A stretch of DNA of 64,000 nucleotides from the human T2T-CHM13v2.0 reference genome, Homo sapiens: assembly GCF_009914755.1 (NCBI RefSeq), contig NC_060930.1; one strand, 5' to 3'. Shown here piece by piece: positions 1 through 41,341 of this stretch; positions within the stretch are counted from its first letter, which is position 1; the number at the start of each line of letters is the position of its first letter. The notes under the pieces are model-generated. The model worked only from the letters and a program-made list of their open reading frames with translations. It made no database searches and was not told where the DNA came from. The position numbers and the translations under genes were made by a program.

Positions 1-319
1 AGGCGGAGGTTGCAGTGAACTGAGAATGCACCACTGCACTCCAGCCCGGGCAACAGATAGAGTGAGACTCCACCTCAATAAAAAAATTTTTAAAAAAAGC
101 TTAATTAAAAAAATTTTTTTTTTTTAATTAGCTGGTGACGGTGTGCATCTACAGTCCCAGCTACTCTGGAGAGTGAGGAGAGGATCACCTCACAGCCTAG
201 GAGTTCGAGGCTGCACTAAGCCATGATCGTGCCCACTGCACTCCAGCCTGGGTAACAGAATGAGACTCTCTTAAAAATAAAATACATAAAATATAAATTT
301 CATTCCCCAATAATCTTAA

Positions 320-2270
320 ATATAAAAATATAACTCATTTTTATACATTGACCTGGTATCCTGTGATCTTATGAAATTCTTTATTTTGAAGATTTCTTAA
401 GACTTTTTACATACAAAATTCTGTCTTAAGCAAACATTGTTTTGTTTTTTATTTTATTTTTTTGGAGACAGGGTTTCCCTCTGTCACCCAGGCTGGAGTT
501 CTTTGATATCAGCTCACTGCAGCCTCGACTTCCCAGACTCAAGGGATCCTCCTGCCTCATCCTGCCAAGTAGCTGGGACTACAGGCACACACTACCATGC
601 CTGGCTAATTTCTGTATTTTTACTACAGTCAGGGTTTCAGCACATTGCCCAGGCTGGTCTCGAACTCCTGGGCTCAAGAGATCCACCTACCTAAGCCCCC
701 AAAGTGCTGGGATTACAGGCATGCGCCACCACGCAAGGGGGTTTATGGTTTTTCTCAGCATTTTGAAAGATGTTTCATTGTGTTGTTTCTGTTAAGAAGT
801 CAGCAGTCATTTTTATCTTTGCTCCTCTACAAGTAAAGTGTCTTTTTTTCTGGCAATTTTTAAGATGTTATTTATTACTTGTTTCTAGCAACTTGATCAT
901 GATGTGGCTTGGTGTGGTTTTGTGTTTATCAGATTTAAGATTATGAGTTTTTGGGATCTGTGAATTATTTTTCACCAACTTTAGAAATTTTGAGATTATC
1001 TTTTTATATTTCTACTGTTTCTCTTCTCTCCCTCCTCCTGTAATTCCAATTACACATACAGTAGACTAGTTGATAATGCCTCACAGATCACTGAAGCATT
1101 TTTATTCTGGCTTTTTCCCACCCTGTCTGTTTAAGCCTAGATAATTTCTATTGCCGTATCTTGTAATTCAATGTTCGTTTCTTGTGAACTGTCTAATCTT
1201 CGATGAGGCCTATCCAGTAAAATATTCATTGCTAAGATGGTATTTTTTGGTTTCACTTGTTTTTTTTCATAGCTTAAATTTCTCTCATTATGTTTATGTT
1301 TCCGAAACTTCAAGTCCCTGCACATATAATTACTATTTTTTTATGTTTTTGAGAGTGACAGGATCTCACTTTGTTGCCCAGGCTCAGACTGATCACAAAC
1401 TCCTGGCCTCAAGTGGTTCCTCTTGGCCCAGCCTATAATCACTTTTTTCTTTTTTTTTTTCCCGAACATTCATATCATTATATAATCACTTTTTAAAGTC
1501 CTTGTTTATTAATTTAAATATCTTTATTATTTTGGGGTCTGTTGCAGTGACTGACTTTTCTCCTGGCAATGAGCCACCATTTTCCTTTTCCTATATCTAG
1601 TACTTTTTTAATCGGATGCTGAACGTTGTAGATGTGTCTAGATTTTGCTCTCTTCCTTTGTTCTAGCAGGCAGTTAATCAGCTTGTAGGTCAGCTTGATC
1701 CTTTCAAGACTTGTTTTTAAGTTTTGTTAGTATTGGTCTAGAAAGGCCTTTGAGGGCTGATTTAGCCCTAGAGTGTGGCCCTTCTGGGTTCCACACTAAT
1801 TATGCCAGTATTCAACTTGGTCTTTCCACTCCAACTAGTAGGAGTTGAACATCTCCTACACAGAAAAACTCCAGTAGTTATTCTTTGCATAGCTCACGAA
1901 ATTTCCCTAAGAAAACACAGCTTTACATTCAGCCAGTACTCACCAGACCCCATATCCCTAGAGCTGTTCCCTCCATTCCAACACCCTTCCCAGCATATTC
2001 CAACTACCGCCCCAACTCTGAGCTCTGTCTTCTCAGCTCAGTAGGACCACCACTGCTGAACTTCGTTCTTCCTCTGAGTCAGTCCTATAAGTGATTCCAG
2101 GTAGACAGCTGGAATCATTCTAGGGCTCACCTTGTTTCCCATTTTTAGGAATTCCAATCCTATGCTACCTACCTTTCATCCAATGTTTGAACGTTTTTCA
2201 TATGGATTTTTTCCTCTTTTTCTAGTTGTTTTGGCAACAGAGCTAATCCAGTACCAGTTATTCTATCATG
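320..2270 (-). mobile_element. Old L1 (L1M) fragments, ORF1/5' region, interrupted by Alus
   Basis: T-rich + strand. Minus-strand ORF 1137-1325 (KNTILAMNILLDRPHRRLDSSQETNIELQD) resembles the L1 ORF1p coiled coil. Confidence 0.6.
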
Positions 2271-2289
2271 AACAAAAGTATATGTATTT

Positions 2290-3390
<1,101 letters not shown>

Positions 3391-3412
3391 AAGTTTGGAA
3401 GATTATATATCA

Positions 3413-4488
<1,076 letters not shown>

Positions 4489-4787
4489 GGGTGGTGCTTT
4501 CCTGAATTCTCCTAGTATTCTGCATGAATACTACTAGTTAATGAAGTTTTAAAAAATTATAAATGTTTTACTAAAACCCATGAAAGGGTAAATGCCAGGC
4601 CTGCAAGAAAAGGGATCAGCTAGGCTAGGATACCTGTAAGTATCTAGCGGGTGGGTGGGGGTTATAGGAAAACTACATAATCAGTTTTCTCCTTCTGTAA
4701 GCCCAGGGGTCTTGCTAATCAAAGCATCTTTGACCATGTCAGCTGGCTTGCTATTGTAGGAAATAAAAACAGGACAATGAATGTTAA

Positions 4788-7430
<2,643 letters not shown>

Positions 7431-7442
7431 TAAAAAAGAAAG

Positions 7443-10681
<3,239 letters not shown>

Positions 10682-11151
10682 AAAGTATCACAATTTGGGA
10701 GTACCTTAATCTGTTAATACAGTCAATAAACATTTACTGCCTACTGCATATCAGACACTGTATTGGACACTACAGCTACACAATCCCCTTCTCTGGACAT
10801 ACTCTCAATCAACTACTGAGAATCAGTTAGTTGAAACAAAGATTAAGAGGAAGAGGAAAGGGTAAAGTCAGAAAAGTCTTCCTGGGGAAGACCATTTCAA
10901 AAGCAGTCTTCCAGAACAAACAAGTTAACTGAGCAGGGCATAGAAGAGAGATGTAGCCTTCTAAGGAAAGGAAATGCAAAGTCAATGAGGCAAGTAACAG
11001 CAAGGAATGGCCCAGACAATAACAACAGACATTAACAACGGGAGGTGACTCCAGTCAACAATAGTAGAGGGTAACAACCTGTGGTCATTGCAGGCAGTTT
11101 AGTGTTGCTGAAATAGCAAGCCCTGAGCAGAAAGTAAACAACCAGTCTGGG

Positions 11152-11367
11152 GCAGGGTTTCTTTCTTAATTTTGCACCACTGCCATTTACGACGGATAAC
11201 TCTGTTGTAAGGGGTTGTCCCATACATAACAGAATGCTTAGCAGCGTCCCTGGCCTTGATGCACTAGATGCTAGTAGCACCCCCATAATGAATAGTTGTG
11301 ATAACCATAAAGGTCTCCAGATTTGTCCCTGGGAACAAAATTGGCCCCACTCCCCAGAACAATTGGG
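11152..11367. mobile_element. MER20 hAT DNA transposon
   Basis: CAGGGTTTCT...AGAATGCTTAGCAGCGTCCCTGGCC...CACTAGATGCTAGTAGCACC...GTCTCCAGA matches the MER20 core. Confidence 0.75.
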
Positions 11368-11396
11368 CTTGAGATACATCAAAAAAAATACTTCAG

Positions 11397-12187
<791 letters not shown>

Positions 12188-12699
12188 TCAACTCAGATAG
12201 AAGGAGTCAATGAGAAGGTTCTTAAAAGCCCGAAGACCTATTTCCCAGAAAACTCTAATTAACCTTATAATTTGTATAGTTAGTTACAGTGAGTATGAGC
12301 TGTCTTGCTCTGTACTTCAGCTGTTGTAAGTGTTTACGAACTGTCTCCAAAAACAGATGCAAATTTCCCTCATGGCAGAGATCGTAACGAATTTATCTAT
12401 CCACTTTCTCACAGCGCCACACCGTTCCTTACGCACAGCAGGAATGCAATCAGTATTTGTCGATGGTTCCCCAAACTAACAGGAGTGGCTGCACTACGCA
12501 CACTTAGGTGATACGTACACTTGTCAAAACGGCAGAAACGCAACCTCAATTTCAGAAAAACAAACCACATTCCTTTGGGAAGGCCACCTCTGCCACAAGC
12601 AGCCAAAGCGCTTGCATAGGGGTGAGAGGCGATGGGAAGGGTACTGGAAGGCTCCCCCAGATAAAAACAAAAGACTCCTTCCAATCGCCTCAAACACGC

Positions 12700-13450
12700 T
12701 CGGAAACCTCCACGACCTGCGCCAGCCCACAGGAGGGGGCCAGCTTGACCTGAGGCTGCACCACTCCCCACTTAAAGCGGCGAGTATCGGCGGGGGAGCG
12801 CAGGAAGCTTACTAGTGGGGCGACCCAGTCGTTCCGGCGCTTTCCCTCTCCCTTCACGTCTTACCTGCTTGGCCAAGAACCTGCCCAACTCACTGCGGCT
12901 CTTCTCGTTCTTGGCTGCGATTAACCGCAGCGGCGCGGCTGCCACCTCCAGCAAGAAGTGCTCCATGACCCAGGGCCCTCACCCCGAGCGGCCACCTGCG
13001 CTCCCTACTTCGCGGCCAGCGTCCCCAAGCCGCCGAGGTCCCAGTGCCCGAGCAGCCAGCAACTACGCCCGCAGGAAAGGCGTCCTCAGCTCCAGCGCCT
13101 ACACCGGGAGAGGGGCACCACACGTGGGTGAGCACACGGCGTTTGACGTCATCAGCTCGGGACGGCTACGCTGCGCCCTCCCGGCCTCAGCCCCTCAGCG
13201 GCGGAAACGCCAGTCTTCGCTGTCCCGCCTTTTCCGGGAGGGAAATGGAAACAAAAATCTAGTCGGTTTGGATGCAGGAGTGATGGGGACTCGCGAACAC
13301 AGCACGTGGTGGGACAGAAAGAAGAGTGCGTTAGGCCGGGGAGGAAAGAGGGGGCGTGTGAGTCTCAGCCCACCGTGCCTTGCTTCTGCCTTAACACACG
13401 GAAAGATCAGATGTGAGAGAAAAGCTGATTCTCGGCCGGGCGCGGTGGCG
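12700..13450 (-). promoter_or_regulatory. MDN1: MDN1 CpG-island promoter / 5'UTR with E-boxes and a full CRE
   Basis: GC/CpG-rich non-repeat segment. CACGTG at 13121-13126 and 13303-13308, TGACGTCA at 13144-13151, ETS-like CGGAA near 13202. TSS cannot be fixed from sequence. Confidence 0.8.
12865..12966 (-). CDS. MDN1: Midasin (AAA-ATPase, 60S ribosome maturation), first coding exon, 34 codons
   Basis: MEHFLLEVAAAPLRLIAAKNEKSRSELGRFLAKQ is the recognisable N-terminus of human MDN1. It is followed by a phase-0 donor CAG|GTAAG (cttac at 12860-12864 on +) and lies in a CpG island. Confidence 0.95.
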
Positions 13451-13495
13451 CATGTCTTTATCCCAGCATTTTGGGAGGCCGAGGAGGGCAGATCA

Positions 13496-14241
<746 letters not shown>

Positions 14242-14445
14242 TTCTGCCCCAGCAATTCCCCTTGTAGGACTCTAGCCTGCGGAAATCCTCACTAAGTGTG
14301 ACAAAGACACCCCTTGCAGTTTTCTTAATACAGATATTGGAAGAAAATGTTCAATTGGGAATATTAAACTATGGGGTGTAAGTTATAGCATATTCTGGAA
14401 GTCATAAAAAATAGTAGAGTCCATAACATTAAAAGTGCACTTGTG

Positions 14446-18595
<4,150 letters not shown>

Positions 18596-18769
18596 TTTTT
18601 AAAATGAAGATGATAGAATATGTTAAGCTGCACCATGAATTTATAATCAGAAAAACTCAGACTGTGAAAGATTCTACAGATCAAAAACTCAGGTTTTTCA
18701 AGACATAAATTTAAGAAAAAAGTATGGGAGGGGAAACTGTGAATTATAAGAAATGGCAAAATGATTTAA

Positions 18770-19080
18770 ATGTTTGTGAACCTCCAAAATTCGTATGTTG
18801 AAGTCTTAATACCCCAGTGTGATGGTATTTGGAAGTGAGACCTTTTGGAGGTAATTAGATTTAGATGAGGTTTTGAGGATAGAGTCCTCATAATAGGATT
18901 ATTGCCCTTATAATGGGAGGGAAAGACTAGAGTCCCTTCTCTCTCTGCCAAGGGAGGATACACTAAGAAGGTGGCCATCTACAAGCCAGGAAGGGAGCCC
19001 TCACCAGACAATAAATCTGCTGGCTCCTTGATCTTGGATCTCCCAGCCTCTAGAACTGTAAGAAATTTTTGCTTGTTGAT
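18770..19080. mobile_element. MaLR LTR fragment (MST/MLT1A-like)
   Basis: TATGTTGAAGTCTTAATACCCAGTGTGATGGTATTTGG...CCTTGATCTTGGATCTCCCAGCCTCTAGAACTGTAAGAAA. Confidence 0.7.
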
Positions 19081-19082
19081 TA

Positions 19083-20402
<1,320 letters not shown>

Positions 20403-20672
20403 ATAATTAGAGCACTATGTTTAAATGTCACTTCAAGGAATTATTTTCTCTATGGTTACATTTCTCTCTTTTTACAGTTTAACTTTTTCAAATAATTTTC
20501 CATTTTAGGATTTTTTTCTTTCTGATTTAACTCAGTCTTTGAATATGTGAAACAGTTACATGGTTCAAAAGTGAAAGATTATAAAAATACAAACTCAAAA
20601 AGTAATTAATTAATTTAGTTTTTATTTTTCTCACCCTGTCTTATGGTGCTGAAAACTCAACAGTTTAATTGG

Positions 20673-22617
<1,945 letters not shown>

Positions 22618-22949
22618 TTATTTTCGCACCTATCAATGCTCAGGCTGAGCTCCTGAGGCTAGACCTACCGGCACCCCCCATTCCTACAGGTTCTATAAGG
22701 CAAGTCAGGTATTCCACCCTCTAAAAAGCTCTTCTCTCTCCTGCCCCGCTAGACTAGTATCCCCTCCTTAAGGCTCCCAACATCCGAAGCTAAGTTGTTT
22801 GTCTGCCTATCATCCAGGAACGCGTCTGAGGGCAGGGAACAAATTTATTCATCGTAATCGAGCCCAGCACTTTGTCTCGCACGCAGCTGACAGCAGAATT
22901 TTAAGATAAAGTATTAAATAAATGACAGACCTCTCAAGGCTTCCTGTCT

Positions 22950-23620
22950 TTCACTAAAAAGCTTCTCTCAGGCCACGCCCCTACCTCCACTCAGGTCAGC
23001 CCCTTCCTATTGAAGCCCCGCCCCATCGCCTTCCCCGCCACCTTACACCCCGCCCCTCTCTCTTAAAGCCCTAGGAAGATTACTGGAGTTTGGCGCCAAC
23101 CGTGTTTTTTTTTTTCCCTTCCAAAGGCGGGAACTAGTTGTGGGCGCTGCGACGTGCTTTGCGTCTGATATGATTGGCCGTAGGCACTCAGTCCCGCCTC
23201 CATACCCTGATAGCGCTCTGGTATTGGTGGAGATGCCAGGGAGACCTCGGTGGGCAGAAAGGAACCGGGTTGTCTTGGGCCGGGCAGGGCGGGTAAGTTG
23301 TCGTAGGGGCCCGGTCCGTGAGGGACTGCTAAGGAAGAGGCTGCATGGCGCGGTAGTCCCCCGAGTGGAGGTCGGCTGCCCCTGGGAAACCAGAGAGTCG
23401 GAGGGAGTCCATCTGGAGCGGCCAAGTAGGTCGGGGAAGGGCCGCGCCTGACGTCTGGCCGCAGGTAGCCACGTTCCCTCCGCCCCCGGTGCAGCTTCAG
23501 GGCTTGCACCCTGCGTCCCTCTGTGGTCCTTCGAGAGGGTCTGGGCGGGGACTATGGGTGGGCGCGCCCAGGAATTGTCCCTTCGGCCTCTCGTCCTGCC
23601 CCTCCCCCCCACCATCCAGT
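22950..23620 (+). promoter_or_regulatory. CASP8AP2: CASP8AP2 CpG-island promoter with E2F, CCAAT and GC boxes
   Basis: TTTGGCGC / palindromic TTGGCGCCAA at 23089-23099, GGCGGGAA at 23126-23133, ATTGG at 23173 and 23223, GC boxes at 23015-23024 and ~23047-23056. Confidence 0.8.
23255..23425 (+). other. CASP8AP2: CASP8AP2 non-coding exon 1 with candidate alternative donors after 23292 and 23425
   Basis: Strong donor CGG|GTAAGT (GT at 23293) and weaker CAA|GTAGGT (GT at 23426) downstream of the promoter motifs. The 5' boundary is an estimate. Confidence 0.6.
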
Positions 23621-24149
23621 CTCTCCTTGGAATATACTCTTAAAATCTTTCGGATGGAGTTCTTTGGAGAAATGGGTTTCCTGGAGTGTCAGGTGATCAT
23701 TGATGTTGATTGTTTCTGAAATGTTTATTTAGGCATCAAACCAACATGCCTAAATAAGTTTTTCATTTCTACAGCGCCTAGATTCATTCCTAGCACATAG
23801 TAGGCCCTAACTCAGATGTGAATGTAGGATTCGTAGGAGCTGAGCATTTGTGCTTCAGGCATCAAGTTGTCTTTGACTCTTCGACTCTTCCTTGGTCTTT
23901 TTCCATTCTCCACACCTCCAGCAGCAAACCTTTCGCCTCTCCTCAAGGCCTTTCCCCCCCATCTCCCTCAGCGCCTCTTTGACTGGAGGGGGACAGAGGC
24001 TTTCATGGCAGGGATTCTCCCATCTCCCTTCCTATCCCCGCTATGCCCTCCAATTATCTTTTCCTGGCGTTCCGTTTTACAAGAGATGGCCTTCTTTCCA
24101 AAAACATTTATATTGTATTGAATATTCTTGATTTTGGCCATCTTGCTTT

Positions 24150-24350
24150 ACAGACAGACCTGGGGTCTAATTTCAGCTCTGCCACTTACCAGGTGGTTGC
24201 CTTGTGCAAATTTCTTGATCGTCTGTGTTTTCCTCATCTGTAAAATGGGGAAAAGAATAATATGGACCTCATAGAACTCTGGGGAGGATTTAAACTAAGT
24301 GAATAATGTATTTAGATCATTTAGGTTAGTGCCTGGAACATAGTAAATGT
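24150..24350 (+). mobile_element. MIR SINE
   Basis: CAGACCTGGG...CAGCTCTGCCACTTAC...GTTTCCTCATCTGTAAAATGGG core, ending AGTGCCTGGAACATAGTAA. Confidence 0.8.
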
Positions 24351-24557
24351 GCCGTATATGATAGCTTTTGTTAGTATTTGCCCCTTACCTCTTCTTCTGG
24401 GGTCTTGCTGTATTAGCCTTTCCCATGAGTGTAAAAATACACTGTCTTCTCTGGCTTTTTCCTGTTTTTCTCTACAAATGCTTGTGTTTTTCTCTAAATT
24501 TTATTTTTTGTCTTTTAGCGTCTACATTAAGGACACATTCTCAGTTTCGTAATGATT

Positions 24558-33036
<8,479 letters not shown>

Positions 33037-33055
33037 TATTGTGACTTACTTATCT

Positions 33056-34358
<1,303 letters not shown>

Positions 34359-35118
34359 GTCCCTTTAACTACTTTTTTCCTTTTCCTACAGCCTAGGAAG
34401 CTAAGAACCTTTAACTTTTTCATGTGTACACAGTGAGAAACCACACACATATAACTTCTTTTGATGACTTCTCTATATTACTGTGTATGTTTTCAGAAAT
34501 TTTGAAGGACTATTAATGCATCATGTGACACAATTAAGAAATGAGCATCCACTTCTTAAATTTATAAATAATCTTTTAAAAAATACCTTTGGTGGTGGGG
34601 ACCTAGAATTAAGATGTGGAGATAATGATCTGACAAAAAATTTGGAGAAAAATTTAAGACAGATGGGGGCAAAAGATCCATGTTTAGCTGGTCCGAAAGT
34701 AGTGTTTTCTCAGTTGGCTGTTCACAATCAGTTACAGATCAAACTTCTTGTTCTACTATTTCCCCCCTTGACTAGTTGTTAAAAAAAAAAGACACCCAGG
34801 ATTACCAGGTCTCTTAGATTTATATTTATTTCCAGGTTTAACTTACTAGGTCAAGTCTTTTTCTAATTATTATTTTTGAGACACGGTCTGGTCTGTCACT
34901 CTGTCGCCCTGGCTGGAGTACAGTGGCATGATCACAGCTCACTGTAGCCTCCACCTCATAGGCTCAATTGACCCTCCCATCTCAGCTACTAAAGTAGATA
35001 GTACTATAGGTGTGAACCACCATGCCTCGCTACTTTTTTTTTTAATTTATTTTGTTTAAATAGAGATGGGGTCTCCCTATGTTGCCCAGGCTGGTCTCGA
35101 ACTCCTGGGCTCAAGTGA

Positions 35119-35397
<279 letters not shown>

Positions 35398-36494
35398 TGA
35401 TCTGCCCACCTCGGCCTCCCAAAGTGCTGGGATTACAGGCATGAGCCACCATGCCCAGCCCGTTTGTTTGTATTTTTTTTTGTCTCGATGTGGTTTTGCC
35501 ATGTTGCCCAGGCTGGTCTCAAACTCCTAGGATCAAGCAGTCCCTTCCACCTCAGCCTCCCAAAGTGCTGAGATTACAGGTGTGAGTTACCACACCTTTT
35601 TTTTTTTTTTAAAGTAATCCCTGCCAGTAGTATAAACTAAAACTGTATGAAATAATAGTGCAGGGAAAGCTTTGATCTGTTTGATCTCTTTAACCAAATC
35701 ATTAGATTCTCCATTATTCTGAGAGGACACCTCATGACTAATGCTCCCCTCTCCATGTGACCACTTACAGCTACTAATAGTAGATTTCTCATTAGGAAAC
35801 CTCTGAGTATCTGATTTCACCAGTTGAATTTTGCTTTGCAAACAGTCAGTTGTGTTATTTACCAAACGTGATCGTGTTATTTGTGCTTTTTGTAATTGTG
35901 CAGGCTATTTTATAACAGCTAATCAAATGAACTAATTGAAACAAATGTTAGGTTGAGGAATGTGAGGAATGGAGAAAAAAAATACACCTTGATTTTATTT
36001 ATCTCTTGTGGTAGAACCATGATCTTTTCTTTGAATATGAATCCAATGATGAGAGTGTTGACGTCTTTCTTGCGTAAACTACACCCGTAAGACATTGCCC
36101 ATGATTTTCAGTTTTTATTTTGTCCTTGCTTGAGCCCAGGGAGGTTGCAGTGAGCTATGATCATGCCACTGCACTCCAGCCTGGGTGACAGAGGGAGACT
36201 CTGTCTTAAAAAAAAAACAAAAAAAAAAAAAAAAAAACTTACATACTTTTTAATTGATCTGAGTATAGACTAGATTTTCTCCCCTAGTACTTTGGATCAT
36301 TTTGTCTTCACTTGATTTGACATGCAGAGGTGTGTGTGTGTGTGTGTTTTGTTACCTGTCTTTCCATAGCATTCTGCCTAGTTTTCACTAGAAAATAACT
36401 CCCTTTGGTATTGTGATCTTTCATCATACTGTGATTTAGAAAAATAGGAAAATGAGCATAATTGATTTGATAATAAATGCACATTGGTAAGCTT

Positions 36495-36862
36495 TGAGAA
36501 AAACCCAGAATCGTATATAGAAAACCTTCCCCCGAGCTAAGAGGGAGCCAGGAGACCAAAGGATGACTCACAAGTCCAGCTTGGTGAATAGATACATTTA
36601 CTAGGACTAATAAGTTTATTTATTACAAGGCACTCCTGGATGGCAGCAGGACAGCTGTAGAGATCCATGCTGCCCTTTGTCTGCAAACTATTTTTAAGCT
36701 AACTTTCTGGCTCATTGCCTACTGTATTTAAGCCATGAGACTGTTTTTCTTGGTAGGTTCTCAGATACTCCCCGGGATGTTTGGGTTCTCAGGGGTACTT
36801 GCTCTTCAGGCTGGCACCATGGCCTTGGCTCACCTCCTGTCCTTCAGGATTCAGGCAGCAGA
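36495..36862. mobile_element. Probable ERV LTR fragment, family unassigned
   Basis: LTR-like composition with reverse AATAAA motifs (TTTATT near 36615-36624). Recognition only. Confidence 0.35.
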
Positions 36863-37064
36863 TTAAGCATTGAGATATAAGCATATATCTCAATTGGTGG
36901 GAGCAGTAGTATGCAGGTGCAGGCTTGCTAATAATTTCATAGCCCCAAGTGGCCACAGTTCAGTGGCCATAAGCATCATTCATTGGGTTTTACTGGCAGA
37001 TTAGAGGATGCCAGATAAGTTAGTGAAGAGAGACTTTTTTTTGTGTGTGTGTGTGTATGTGTGA

Positions 37065-37544
<480 letters not shown>

Positions 37545-37636
37545 TGAGAGTACATCTTTTCCCATACCTTTGTCAACCTAGTGTACTATCAAACTTTTTG
37601 TTATTTGCTTGTCTTACTATGTTGTTGGTGAAAACG

Positions 37637-38188
37637 TGTCAGGAGTCCCCAAAATCACCCCTAAGTTTGATGATTTGCCAGACTTATAGAATTCACTATG
37701 TAGTTGTACTTACAGCTATGATTTATTACAATGAAAGGATGCAAAGCACAATCACCAAAGGGAAAAAAGGTCCATGGGGTAAAGTCTAGAGGAAACCAGG
37801 TTAAAGTTCCCATGGTTTTGCTCCCAGTGGAGTCATGCACTTATCTGTTTATTCCCCCAGCAACTAGTGATAGCAGGTGTGAAATGCTGTCTACCTGGGA
37901 AGCATGTTGGAGACTCAGTGCCTAGGCTCTTTACTGGGGGCTGGTCACATAGGCCACCTCTGCCTGGCATGTACTAAAATTTTAAGACTCCCAGAAGGAA
38001 ACAGGTGTTTATGATAAACCAAATTGTTTGTATGAACAGTTTAGGCACATTGAGCCACTTTTTATCAGTCTGGAAATTGTGGGAACCCTCCTGAAATTTG
38101 AGTTCTTAGACTCCAGCCAAGGGCCTTAGTAAGCAGCCTTTCTAAGGATAAGTAGCCATGCCTGGCTATGCCAACACTTTCCTACACA
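37637..38188. mobile_element. MER21-like LTR
   Basis: GTCAGGAGTCCCCAAAATCACC...ATTTATTACAATGAAAGGATGCAAAGCACAATCACCAAAGGGAAAA...GAGACTCAGTGCC...TTTACTGGGGGCTGGTCACATAGG. Confidence 0.7.
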
Positions 38189-38250
38189 ACATGGCATATC
38201 TCATTGTTTTAATTTGTGTTTCCTTAATTATTAAGTCAAACATCTTTTAG

Positions 38251-38481
<231 letters not shown>

Positions 38482-38602
38482 TAGCCAGGGTGGTCTCGAT
38501 CTCCTGACCTCATGATCTGCCCGCCTCGGCCTCCCGAAGTGCTGGGATTACAGGCGTGAGCCACCGCACCTGGCCTGGTATCAGTATTTCTTGTTAGTAT
38601 TA

Positions 38603-38605
<3 letters not shown>

Positions 38606-38650
<45 letters not shown>
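38606..38650. repeat. (TG)n microsatellite, ~22 units
   Basis: Read directly. Confidence 0.95.
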
Positions 38651-38651
<1 letters not shown>

Positions 38652-38815
38652 GTGATAGTAGTGATGGTTCTTATTTTAGTACAAAAGTTAATTTGGCCAG
38701 GGGCAGTGGCTCATGCTTATAACCCCAGCACTTTGGGAGGCTGAGGCCAGCGGATCACCTGAGGATGGGAGTTCGAGACCAGCCTGACCAACATGGAGAA
38801 ACCCCATCTCTACTA

Positions 38816-39010
<195 letters not shown>

Positions 39011-39040
39011 TTATAAAATTATCATTTACTCTGTACATAG

Positions 39041-39361
<321 letters not shown>

Positions 39362-39386
39362 TAACAAGTTTAAAATTTTTGTTTTA

Positions 39387-39944
<558 letters not shown>

Positions 39945-39946
39945 TC

Positions 39947-40001
39947 ATGGCAGCAGATGATGACAATGGTGATGGAACAAGTTTATTTGATGTCTTTTCT
40001 G
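39947..40001 (+). CDS. CASP8AP2: FLASH coding part of exon 2 (MAADDDNGDGTSLFDVFS + 1 nt)
   Basis: Recognisable FLASH N-terminus, ATG at 39947. Acceptor AG at 39917-39918 (another candidate AG at 39888-39889). Donor G|GTAAGA, phase 1. Too short for the ORF track. Confidence 0.92.
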
Positions 40002-41152
40002 GTAAGAGCTACATTTAATTGTCTTTCTAATTTCCTTTTTTTTTTTTTTTTTATGAGACAGGGTCTCCCCCAGTTGCCCAGGGTGGAGTGCAGTGGCGCC
40101 ATTAATAGCTCACTATGACTTCAGACTTGGGAGCTCAAGGGATCCTCTCGCCTCAGCCTCCTGAGTAGCTAGGACTACAGGCACATGCCACCACGGCCAT
40201 CTAATCATTTTATTTTTTGTAGAGAGAAGGTTTCACTGTGTGGTCTAGGCTGGTCTCTAATTCCTGGACTCAAGCGACCCTCCCTTTTTGCCTCCCAAAG
40301 TGTTGGGATTACAGGTGTGAGCCACTATGCCTTGCCTAACTTTACTTTTTAAATTACAAAATCATTTACCTATTCTCATTGGAAACACAGTCATTATCAG
40401 CCTTTTCCCTCTATACATAAATGAATTAATAAAATAAAATGCCTGGGACATGGGAATGCTTAATAAGTGTGAACTTACTGTATGCTTTCAAGCCTCAGAA
40501 TGTAGTCAAATTAGTGATTTTACTAATATGAATGATAATGATTTTTATTGTTATACCTAAAAATATATAAGATAGGTTTTTGTTACTCTTGAAGTTAATA
40601 TTTCTAGTAAATGCAATGATGTTTGTTGTTCAGAAAAAAATTGGGCCAGGTGCAGTGTCTCATTCCTGTAATCCCAATACTTTGGGAAGCCAAGGCGGGC
40701 GAATCACGAGGTCAGGAGTTCGACACCAGCCTGACCAACATGGTGAACCCCGTCTCTACTAAAAATGCAAAAATTAGCTGGGCATGGTGGCATGTGCCTG
40801 TAATTTCAGCTACTCAAGAGGCTGAGGCAGGAGAATCACTTCAACCCAGGAGGTGGAGGTTGCAGTGAGCTGAGATTGTGCCACTGCACTCTAGCCTAGA
40901 TGACAGAGCAAGACTGTCTCAAAAAAAAAAAAAAAAATTGATAGTCACAATGGATGATTAGTTTGAAAAAGAGATAACTGTCAATACCTGGTATTAAAAT
41001 AAGCTCATAAAATAGAATTTCTTTCTTTTTTTTTTTTGTTTGAGATTGAGTCTTGCTGTTGTCAGCCTGGGCTGGAGTGCAGTGTCGCAATCTCGGCTCA
41101 CTGCAACCTCCGTCTCCTGAGTTCCAGCAATTCTCCTGCTTCAGCCTCCTGA

Positions 41153-41341
<189 letters not shown>

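Noticed and set aside
23043-23719. ORFs of 76-190 aa on both strands at the CASP8AP2 promoter
   Set aside because: Typical CpG-island open frames with no coding signature.
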